This document shows positions 30,430 to 38,350 of a stretch of DNA of 38,350 bases, in pieces (positions within the stretch are counted from its first letter, which is position 1; each line of letters starts with the position of its first letter). The notes beneath the pieces were generated by a model that was not told where the DNA came from, ran no database searches, and saw only the letters and a list, made by a program, of their open reading frames with translations. Source of the DNA: an uncultured bacterium (GTDB lineage Bacteria > Armatimonadota > Abditibacteriia > Abditibacteriales > Abditibacteriaceae). The position numbers and the translations under genes were made by a program. The stretch covers positions 62,001 through 100,350 of the forward strand of contig CAWJLW010000004.1 of assembly GCA_963843795.1 (NCBI GenBank), in the 5' to 3' direction.

Positions 30430-30747
30430 GCATAAGCATAAAAGCAGCTTCAAGAAGCAACTTCAAAAGGAAACCCAACTCACGAAACCCACCCAACCCC
30501 AAACTCTGAACGCGAGCTGGCACTCCTACGCGAAGAGATCACCCTACGCATTAAAACCGGCGCACCCGTCGGGCGCGCCCAAACGCCAGACCAAAAGTTC
30601 GCCGCGCACACCAGCGGCATCAAGCGAAGCCTACGCGAGCGCGAGTGACAATGCGATTGCAAGTGACAGCGCGAGCACACAAAAATCGTTGTTTTGAATT
30701 GTTGTTTTGAATTGTTAAATCACCGCTGCAAGTACTTGCAGGGCGCC

Positions 30748-31410
30748 TTAATCGTCCTTCACTTTTTCTTCGACGCTGCGCCAGAACGCATCGACACGCT
30801 GGGCCGCCTCGACGGCAGTTTTCCATTCGCGCGCGACCACGATGTGCTTCTCGTGCGCCAGCTTGGCCTGCTCATGGGACGAAAAAGGCGTTTTACTGCC
30901 CTTGAGTTCGACACCCAGCCACAGCGACACGCCCAGACTGGGATGCGTCCACTGGGGCGAATACAAAAGTCGGTCGGGAATGCCTTTGTCCTGGCCGGTG
31001 CCGCCATTGTAGCGCGCGCGATGGCTGCACTGGCAGCGCGGGCACGTCGTCGAAAAATACGGATAACGCACCGTCGTATTCAAAAACTTGTAGCCCTCGC
31101 GCGCCAGGTGCTGATCGACTTCGCGCTCGACGACTTCTTCTTTCACTGCGACCGCACGCGGTCTGCTTTGAGGGCAGAACGGTAGCGTGCCCTGTTTGGC
31201 GACCGCGCGCGCCCTGCCGTGACCTTTCGACGACAAAGGGCCTGTTTTCACGGGTTCCGTGGCAACGGAAGCCGTGAAAACGGAAGCCGTGGCGGTCGCG
31301 GTCCGCGCTTGGGGAGTGCCCACGGGTTTGCAAGCGTAACAACGCATGCGCTGGGTGCGCGCATCGTAGGTCATCGGTTCGCCACAACTGCAAAACAGGG
31401 TCAAAGTCAT
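30748..31410 (-). CDS. VRR-NUC / PD-(D/E)xK nuclease with Zn-ribbon segments
   Basis: EEVVEREV...KGIPDRL...GVELK...SHEQ; CSC...CYAC and CPRC motifs. Confidence 0.75.
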   Translation of the reverse strand: MTLTLFCSCGEPMTYDARTQRMRCYACKPVGTPQARTATATASVFTASVATEPVKTGPLSSKGHGRARAVAKQGTLPFCPQSRPRAVAVKEEVVEREVDQHLAREGYKFLNTTVRYPYFSTTCPRCQCSHRARYNGGTGQDKGIPDRLLYSPQWTHPSLGVSLWLGVELKGSKTPFSSHEQAKLAHEKHIVVAREWKTAVEAAQRVDAFWRSVEEKVKDD

Positions 31411-31426
31411 GAGCTTTCAAAACCGA

Positions 31427-31988
31427 TTACTGCCACAAACGCTGCCCGGGGCCGGATATTTTGGGTTGGTGGGTTCGGCCTGCGACGAGATCATCGAGCC
31501 AGTCCGCAATATCGCAGATGACATCGGTTTTCTTGAAAACCTCTTCGATCCCAAACTCTCGAATCTCCGCCTGTGACACCACATCGAAAAACGCCGTGAA
31601 CAGCACGATGCGAGTGGTCTTGTCGCCGTCGGCGCGGATGTGACGCGCGACATCCAAGCCGCTCAGACCTGGCATTTGATAATCCAGCAACAGCAAATCG
31701 TAGGAAGCGCTTTGCTGGAGCGCTTTGCTGGGCGCTTTGCAGGGCACTTTGAACGGCGCTTTGCTGGGCGCTTTGCTGGGCGCTTTGATAACGCGCCAAC
31801 GCGTCCGATCCATTGCACTCGTAATCGACGCAGGCGTAATCGAGGTGCCAGTTCGAGCCGCGCGGCGTGGGCTGTTTGTTCTCGATGCGCAGCGCCGCCG
31901 CGATGAGCTGCAAAATGCTCTCGTTGTCATCGGCCACCAGGATGCGAAACGGGTCCTTCACGGCGAGGGGAGTGTCATTTGGCGACAT
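31427..31988 (-). CDS. Stand-alone response regulator receiver protein; frameshift at ~31715
   Basis: RILVADDN in one frame, then YDLLLLDYQMPGLSGLDV...VLFTA...FKK in the next; an (SAQQ)n repeat is inserted. Confidence 0.8.
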
Positions 31989-32808
31989 TGTACAAAGCCT
32001 CCAGGATGTTGGAAAAGTGCGGTGCGGCCACCACCAAAAACTTCACTACCACGGCGATAAAAATCAAAACTGCGCTGCCCGCTGCGGCGGTCACGCCCCA
32101 GCCCTGCACGCGCTTAATGAGCTTCGAATCGCTGATCTGTTGCTGTAAGAGCAGGTTTTTGGCGCGTTCGGCATCGAGTTGTTGCTGATGACGTTCGATT
32201 TCCTGGCGCTGTAACTCTTCCTCGCGTTTGATTTTCATTCCCGAGAGTTCGGCATCGCGCTTGTCTTGACCTTCGACCACGCGCTCGATAAGGTCGAAGG
32301 CTTCGCTGACTTTGCTGGTCAACGAACTCACCGATTCGGTCTGTGCGCGCTGCGAGCGTTGCATTTCAGCGACGCAGTTGCCGGTCTGATCCTGAGAAAC
32401 GCGCACCGCTTGAACGATGTTTTCCAAACGTTTGAACAGCTCATCGACCCACACGACCGGAGCGTAATGCTCCAAGCGGTGGTCGATTTTGGTTTCCACG
32501 CGCTCGATGCGCTGGGCCAGCAGACTGATCTCGTTCGCCGACACCAACGAAGACGACGACACCGACGGCGACACCGATGACGATACCGATGTTTGTGCGC
32601 TCACCACATTCACGGTCGAACTGTGATCTTCGGTGCCATGCGCCGTTTCGGTGCCATGTGCCGTGTTGATAAGAGATTGCGAAACCGGCGCATCGGTGGG
32701 AATCGGGCGCGGACGCGGCGGCGGAAGCAGCGGTGAGGGCTGAGGCGAAGGCTGAGGTGAGGACTGACGGGAGGGCTGATTGTCACTGGAATTGGACAGT
32801 GGGTTCAT
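31975..32808 (-). CDS. Coiled-coil protein with a C-terminal transmembrane segment
   Basis: From MNPLSN, with an ATGA overlap with the upstream gene; the C-terminal hydrophobic helix is AAAGSAVLIFIAVVV. Confidence 0.6.
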   Translation of the reverse strand: MNPLSNSSDNQPSRQSSPQPSPQPSPLLPPPRPRPIPTDAPVSQSLINTAHGTETAHGTEDHSSTVNVVSAQTSVSSSVSPSVSSSSLVSANEISLLAQRIERVETKIDHRLEHYAPVVWVDELFKRLENIVQAVRVSQDQTGNCVAEMQRSQRAQTESVSSLTSKVSEAFDLIERVVEGQDKRDAELSGMKIKREEELQRQEIERHQQQLDAERAKNLLLQQQISDSKLIKRVQGWGVTAAAGSAVLIFIAVVVKFLVVAAPHFSNILEALYNVAK

Positions 32809-33173
32809 ACTCCACCCGCCCGCGTTTTCTGGGAGCGATTTTCTTTGGCGCGAAAATACTGAGTGACGGCCTTGGCTTCGCGCTTTTTGCCCAGTGTTCC
32901 CGGCCCGCGCTTGATTTCGTTGAGACCAATCGCCGCGATGGTTGCGCCCAGAAACACGCTCAATGTTTGCACAATCGGCGAATTGGCACTGGTGGCGATG
33001 ACGGCCACAACTGATGCTAAGGCCGTGACGCCGCCCGTTAAAATATGCACCCAGCGCCCATCGACTTTGGGCGCAAAGAGGCGGATCACATCGACCACAT
33101 AGGTCATGATGGCACCGGCCACCAGCACTTGCACTTGTGGTGGCAAGCCCACCCACATCAACCAGAAAGACAT
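32805..33173 (-). CDS. Holin-like membrane protein
   Basis: 122 aa, three hydrophobic segments and a basic C-terminal tail. Confidence 0.55.
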   Translation of the reverse strand: MSFWLMWVGLPPQVQVLVAGAIMTYVVDVIRLFAPKVDGRWVHILTGGVTALASVVAVIATSANSPIVQTLSVFLGATIAAIGLNEIKRGPGTLGKKREAKAVTQYFRAKENRSQKTRAGGV

Positions 33174-33339
33174 TCTTACCCCGCTTACTATTGGATTGGT
33201 CGAATGGGTTGCAGTCGGGGTGGGGAGTGGGATGAAGCGAGAACGGGGCCGCATCAGATATTCTACAAAAAAACGTCTGCCAAAAACCATAAAAGCCGCT
33301 GCAATTACTTTGCAAGGACTCGGCAAGTACTTGCAGCGG

Positions 33340-33470
33340 GTTCTTCTGTGCTTTCGATACTGCGAAATTCAGCGCCAGCAAACTCGTCAAGATTTCGTCA
33401 ATGGTGATAGTTTCGGGCCAGCCAGAAGCTGTGCACACCGCCGCATCGGGTTTGCGGTGCGCGTTATCGA
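33340..33470 (-). pseudogene. C-terminal remnant of an MmeI-like (type IIL/IIG) DNA methyltransferase
   Basis: DNAHRKPDAAVCTASGWPETITIDEILTSLLALN resembles the family ending (aH..LDaaV.aaYGWp..l.deeiL.rLlaLN). Confidence 0.6.
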
Positions 33471-33671
33471 AGCAACTTCAACAAAAGCGCGTTGACGTTC
33501 GGTGCGCAAAGCAGCGACGGTTTCATCGCCCTACGTCAACCACAATCCAGTCTGCCAACAATTGGGCTTTTCGCTGTCGACTGCATGATCGCACGATTGC
33601 ACAATCGCACCATTCCACAATCGCAGCGCGGACAATCGGAGGTGATGCGCTCTAACACTTACAGGGTCACT

Positions 33672-33866
33672 TTACTGGTTTTCATAGGTTGGCTCCTTGA
33701 TTTCGATGCCAGCTAGTTTGGCCAGCTTCTCAAACGGCGCTTTTAAACGGCCTTGTGTGGGCATCGTTTGGGACGCCTCAAATTTAGAAATCGAGGAAAG
33801 CGAACAGCCCATCTCAATCGCCATCTGAAGTTGAGTCAGCTTCAGTGCTTCGCGCACCTGCTTCAC
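33672..33866 (-). CDS. XRE-family HTH regulator (probably extends to ~33940 across a frameshift)
   Basis: VKQVREALKLTQLQMAIEMGCSLSSISKFE; the frame upstream reads PRRGRPP. Confidence 0.8.
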   Translation of the reverse strand: MKQVREALKLTQLQMAIEMGCSLSSISKFEASQTMPTQGRLKAPFEKLAKLAGIEIKEPTYENQ

Positions 33867-34105
33867 GATCTCAGTTTGCGGACTCGCTTTGCCCGGCGGG
33901 CGTCCCCGCCGTGGCTTTTCCTCACTGTCTTGTATTTCATGCCACTTATTTTAGTAGCAAAAAAATTTAAGCAAGGGATTAAAAAGCCTTGTTGCGTATT
34001 TATTTAAGTAGTAAAATAAATAGCGAGTTACGAAAAAGCCGATTGCAGTTCCCGCAAAGAAGCCTGCAATCGGCTCCAACCAAATCCCGCAAAAGGAAAT
34101 TGATT

Positions 34106-34504
34106 ATGTCCAAGTCTATCACGCCCCGCCCCAACTACCTTTCTACCCCTGGTGCCGACCGCGCCGCTTACCTGCAAACGCAACGCGACCTTTTTGGTGC
34201 TTGTCGCGACAATGGCTTGCCAGTTGAAGGCGAAGCCCGCGACAAAATGATTCTGGCCATCGCGCGCTATTTCGGCGACATATACATCACCAGCCGCAAA
34301 CAATTGACGCCCGCCGAAAATCGCCTCATCACCGAAGCCGTCAATCGCAAGTTTTTCAATGCCGAATGGTTATTGAATCCCTACACGCAGACGGCGACGA
34401 TGCTGCGCTCGATTTTGGAAGGCAACGAACGTCGCGCCCACGCCGCTTATGTGCGCGCAGCCACTGCCTTGCGCGATTTTGATTTCGATTCGATCATCGA
34501 CTAA
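34106..34504 (+). CDS. Hypothetical protein
   Basis: AAGGA RBS; divergent from the XRE gene and followed by a 21-bp-stem hairpin. Confidence 0.65.
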   Translation: MSKSITPRPNYLSTPGADRAAYLQTQRDLFGACRDNGLPVEGEARDKMILAIARYFGDIYITSRKQLTPAENRLITEAVNRKFFNAEWLLNPYTQTATMLRSILEGNERRAHAAYVRAATALRDFDFDSIID

Positions 34505-34509
34505 AAACA

Positions 34510-34556
34510 AGTGCCGCGCTGCAAGTTCTTCGTTTAAGAACTTGCAGCGCGGCACT
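34510..34556. terminator. 21-bp-stem hairpin
   Basis: AGTGCCGCGCTGCAAGTTCTT-cgttt-AAGAACTTGCAGCGCGGCACT. Confidence 0.6.
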
Positions 34557-34566
34557 CGGAGGCACC

Positions 34567-34755
34567 ATGAATGCTTACGCCCTTGAATTATTGGCTCACG
34601 AACGCGAGCAAAACGCCAGTGACTACGAAGCCGACGCGCTTTCGGAAGACGAGCTGGAGGAAATCGAATACGACAACGAGCGCCTGCGCATCGAGGAAAT
34701 GTTGCGCAACGAGCGTGGGCAAATCATCGAAATGAACGCCGCGCGCGGCTGGTAA
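34567..34755 (+). CDS. Small acidic hypothetical protein
   Basis: GGAGG RBS; 62 aa. Confidence 0.6.
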   Translation: MNAYALELLAHEREQNASDYEADALSEDELEEIEYDNERLRIEEMLRNERGQIIEMNAARGW

Positions 34756-35432
34756 AACCGACCTGCAAGTTTACTTCGCAAAAACCACCGGCATCGAACT
34801 CAAAAATGGAACTCCAAGGCGGTGATAAATGAGTCAGCCGGGAAAAATATGCACCTTAGCGGTAGGCATGCAAGCCGAAGTCGGCAAAATCATGGGCCTT
34901 TTCGCCGGTCGTGTGTTTCAGATTGAAAAAGAAGCGCTGGCCAAGCTGCGCGAGGTACTTGCAGGCGCAAAACGGCGTAAAAGGCGAAGGTGCCCATGAA
35001 CAAGCCGAAAATAAGGTAAACGTTGGCAGTGAGGTGACATACGATGGGAAAAGTGAATTTGAGCCTGACGTTGAACTGTGAAGCTTGTAGTGATGAAGAA
35101 ATTGAAGCGCTGCACAAAGCGATGAATGCGGGCCGTGATGCAATCGTTCAAGCCGCAGAACAAAACGGCACCAAAATCGTGGTGCAGAAAACCCTGGTCG
35201 AAAGCTCTGAAACCACACCTGGCAAAGTTGCAGCAGAGCCGGAAAGCGAAAAGATGATCCTGCAACAATTGTTGCTCGATGCCGACGAAGTGGCACGACG
35301 GCGCTGGAATAAGGGGCTGTGCGATGCTTTTGAAATAGGGGGTCAGGCTTATCAAAGCCAGACCTGTTACAAAAGTTCTCGAAGACTTGAAGCGACAAGG
35401 ACGCAAAGCCAAAATCTCGTTGAGCGATTTCA

Positions 35433-35486
35433 AATGAGACAAAGAGCGCCTCTGCAAGTACTTGCAGAGGCGCTCTTTGTCTCATT
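35433..35486. repeat. Perfect 54-bp palindrome
   Basis: AATGAGACAAAGAGCGCCTCTGCAAGT|ACTTGCAGAGGCGCTCTTTGTCTCATT. Confidence 0.9.
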
Positions 35487-36045
35487 GGATTGTGTTTGGA
35501 AGAATGTATTCACAACAATTTGACGAAGAAGGGCTGTATATTACCGGTATGGCATTGTTTTATTACACAACGAAGGTCAATCATGAATAATAGTCAAAAT
35601 CCAAAAATTAACCATCATTCTTTGCCAACTATACTTGAAAGGATTTGCAGATAAGTAAGAAGCCGCGTATATATGGCAATTCTGAGCGTGGCGCCAATTT
35701 TTATGACTGCAAAGGAAATAAGCCCCGCAATCCGCAAAACTCCCATATCTAAAGCAGCGATGATTCCAGGTTTGTATTCATACAGAGATAAGAGACGAAT
35801 TATTATAGCCAGCTAATGAAAAGCTCATTGGGCGGTGAATAGTTATTTCACTCACTCTTTTGTTGTTTCCGATCATAGCGTAACGAATAAGAAAAATATT
35901 CATAGAAAATACGGCCTATTGAGAATAAAAAAATAATTTTCAAAGTTGCTCGATGGGCACCCATTTTAGAATTTTGTTCGGTTATAATAGCGTCAAGTCG
36001 GCGTTTGAGAATTACAAAGGAGTCATATGGTAAATTTGAAAAAAG

Positions 36046-36693
36046 TTGTTTTTCAGACTGTTCTTGCTTGTCTTTCCACCCTTTCTTGCGCTCAATTGGT
36101 GCAAGCCCAAACGGTCTACTTTCCTGTCCCCGCAAACAGCAGACCGCATGCGATCACTGTTTGCAGACCCGATAGTTATCTGTTACATCGCAAACTACGC
36201 AGGTAGTTCTGTGATGAGAATGTCTTCAACGGGTACCATTCTCTGGAAGTCTTTGATTTCCATTTCAGCAGGGCCGGGACATGGTGGGCAATTCAATCCA
36301 ACCGGAATCACCACGGCCAAAGATGGAAATATCTGGGTGATTGGCAATTACTCGGTTTCGGGGAGCTACCTGATCAAGCTATCACCCAGCGGTAAAATCC
36401 TTCTTCGAAAGCCGCTGGATAGCAAAGGGCTGACATCGTTAATTTCAGGGTCAGACGATTCCCTTTGGTATTACTCGAACGCCGGTTCTACAGTTTATCG
36501 GCGAAGCAGTAGTGGGGTTGTCACTCAGTTTCGGATTCCGCCGGATGAGGATCCAGCAACTCTGCCAAATCGCTACCCAACGGGCGGAAATACCACGGGA
36601 TCGGGTAATTACTTGTGGTTTGTAGACCGGGACAATGATCGCATTGGACGGGTCACAAGTGAATTTCGTCAAATCAAGAATTCCGATAAGTAG
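36046..36693 (+). CDS. Vgb-lyase-like beta-propeller fragment
   Basis: Blade repeats PTGITTAKDGNIWV, LISGSDDSLWY and GSGNYLWFVDRDNDRIGRVT; the start is uncertain. Confidence 0.6.
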   Translation: MFFRLFLLVFPPFLALNWCKPKRSTFLSPQTADRMRSLFADPIVICYIANYAGSSVMRMSSTGTILWKSLISISAGPGHGGQFNPTGITTAKDGNIWVIGNYSVSGSYLIKLSPSGKILLRKPLDSKGLTSLISGSDDSLWYYSNAGSTVYRRSSSGVVTQFRIPPDEDPATLPNRYPTGGNTTGSGNYLWFVDRDNDRIGRVTSEFRQIKNSDK

Positions 36694-36825
36694 GATTCTG
36701 CACGATGATTTCAAGAGTGCGTCAACAGGACTTTACTACACGCCCTGTTTTCAGATGAAAAAGTTTCGATGTAGATCATTCTGCAGAGAAGCGTTACAAC
36801 GCAAACGCTGACCAACGACTTAAAA

Positions 36826-36894
36826 AGCATCCGAGACATAGAAAAGTGCCCCTGCAGAGTTCTTGCAGGGGCACTTTTCTATGTCTCGGATGCT
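36826..36894. terminator. 31-bp inverted repeat with a 7-nt loop between convergent genes
   Basis: AGCATCCGAGACATAGAAAAGTGCCCCTGCA-gagttct-TGCAGGGGCACTTTTCTATGTCTCGGATGCT. Confidence 0.7.
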
Positions 36895-37986
36895 GCGAGA
36901 TTCAGCGCCAGCAAACCCGTCAGGATTCCATTATCGGGCGTTTCGATGTCGCGGCGTTCGATGGACAGCGCATACGACTCAATGAGCGGCGTTTTGCTGG
37001 CGCTGTTGGTGTTGAAACCCAGAATCGGCAGACCTTCTTGCTGCAAAACTTCGATGTTGGGGTTTCCAATCGAGTTCTCTTCGGCGAGCACGATCTGGCC
37101 GGCCAGCGGTCGTGCATCGCCCGCAAGCGCCCGCGTTGCAAGCTCCAACCCACTGTATTGTAGCGATCCCAATCCACAACACGGCGGGTGTGGATGTCCA
37201 TCACTTTGAGGCTGGTGAAGTCGTTGCTTTTGCCCCAGTCCGCGCTCATTACGAACGTGCCGATGTAAGGCTCGCGCTTTTGGGCTTTGGAAACCAGCGC
37301 CACACCGCGAAAGACTTCGCCGCCATCTTCCAAAAACTCCGCGCACCACTCTTGACGATAGGTGCGCTCGGAAACCTTTTCTTTGACGCGATCAAAGGCG
37401 GCTTGGATGTTGGGATTGGGATTGCTGCGACTGGTGGCCGTCCAGCAGTGATAGCGCAGACCACCTTCGGCAGCGTGTTTCTTGGCACTTTGAAACTCTT
37501 TCCAAAACCAGTTGCGGCCTTTGGGTGTGGAAATCAGGACGCAATCGCCGTCGTTGTCTGCGAGAGTGGGCTGAATACAATCCGTCCACGCCTCTTCGGA
37601 GATCATCGCCGCTTCATCGACGATGATGAGATGGAAGTTTTCACCGCGAATCGAGTCCGGGTTGTCCATCGAATACATCGCCAGAAAGCCACCGTTGGGA
37701 AATTCAACGGTGCGTTCCGAGCGATTGATACGACACAGACCGGCTTTGCGCAGCGGGCCTAAAACGCGTTCGATCAAGCGCCACAGCGGGCGCCCGTTTG
37801 TAGGTGGGAACTACCCACGCGACGCGCAGGCCGTTGTAGGCGCTGGGAATCGCGACGCATTGGCCCAGAACGGATTTGCCCCATCGACGGCCCATCGCCA
37901 GTACCTTGATCTTGGTGGCGTATGCTAATCACTTCCCATATCGGGTCGCGCCGGAGCTGGGGCAATTCGAGCGCTATTTTTGGCAA
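36879..37986 (-). pseudogene. terL: Second terminase large subunit (Terminase_6 type), frameshifted and C-terminally truncated
   Basis: GRRWGKS, IRGENFHLIIVDEAA, LISTPKGRNWFW and SADWGKSNDFT are spread over several frames. Confidence 0.85.
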
Positions 37987-38034
37987 AGTTCGGTTATCCT
38001 ATGGCGTGAACGGGGGCGTCAAGGAGAGAAGAAA

Positions 38035-38350
38035 TTGGAAGACGAAAAGAAGAAAGAAGACGAGATCGGAAAAGAAAGGGAGAGCTGGCTCGACAGATTG
38101 AATAAAAAATCGTGGCTGGGTGTTTCGGGCTGGATATTGGCAGTTTTAGGATTTATTCTGTCGATTTACTTCTATGTCGCTTCAATTCGCGAACCAAACC
38201 TGACTTACGCCATCAACCCAACAAAAGCCATCGTTGTGCAAACAGGCCAAGCTTCGCAACTCACAACGCTTTACAAAGGCAAACCCGTAAATTCGGATAT
38301 TACAGCAGTTCAGATCGTTGTTTGGAATGCGGGCAAGCAGGCCATCAAAC
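38035..38350 (+). CDS. Membrane-anchored hypothetical protein (partial, runs off the right edge)
   Basis: AGGAG RBS, TTG start, TM segment WLGVSGWILAVLGFILSIYFYV; the frame is open to the window end. Confidence 0.6.
   Translation, partial: MEDEKKKEDEIGKERESWLDRLNKKSWLGVSGWILAVLGFILSIYFYVASIREPNLTYAINPTKAIVVQTGQASQLTTLYKGKPVNSDITAVQIVVWNAGKQAIK

Noticed and set aside
31975..33438. Single 487-aa ORF
   Set aside because: It is a read-through of the methyltransferase remnant across the holin-like gene in another frame. The real start is probably 32808.
34025..34036. Distant iteron copy GAGTTACGAAAA
   Set aside because: Only 12 of 20 bp match and it is a single copy, so it cannot be distinguished from chance.
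35583..35820. DUF4238-like gene start (NHH...YLKGFA)
   Set aside because: Too short and too broken to call with confidence.
1..38350. Retron, DGR or other reverse-transcriptase system
   Set aside because: I saw no reverse transcriptase motifs and no template/variable repeat pair with adenine-specific mismatches.

Overview
This window looks like part of a large temperate phage-plasmid; the host cannot be determined from the sequence. The left part (minus strand) is a head/packaging module. It holds a giant SF2/SNF2-type helicase-domain protein that runs off the left edge, a 2H phosphoesterase, a portal, a CHAP/NlpC endolysin, a tRNA-like element, a degenerate terminase-nuclease-like gene, a large terminase carrying a LAGLIDADG intein, and a broken small-terminase candidate. 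At ~17.3-20.6 kb lies an integron-like array of attC cassettes, including a PemK/MazF toxin-antitoxin cassette. One attC is split at a CT core by an IS110 element whose left end carries a readable bridge RNA with guides matching both the attC and the element's own donor junction. Next come a XerC/D-like recombinase, an iteron-type RepA replicon, ParA/ParB, an unusual RHH-S24 repressor switch, a lambda O/P-like replication module, a VRR-NUC nuclease, a receiver-domain protein, a holin candidate, an XRE regulator and a fragment of a second terminase. The palindrome CTGCAAGTACTTGCAG is dispersed across the window, and short tandem duplications are pervasive. Many genes carry 1-2 nt indels, which may be sequencing or assembly errors rather than decay. 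All protein assignments come from motif recognition by eye; no database searches were run.
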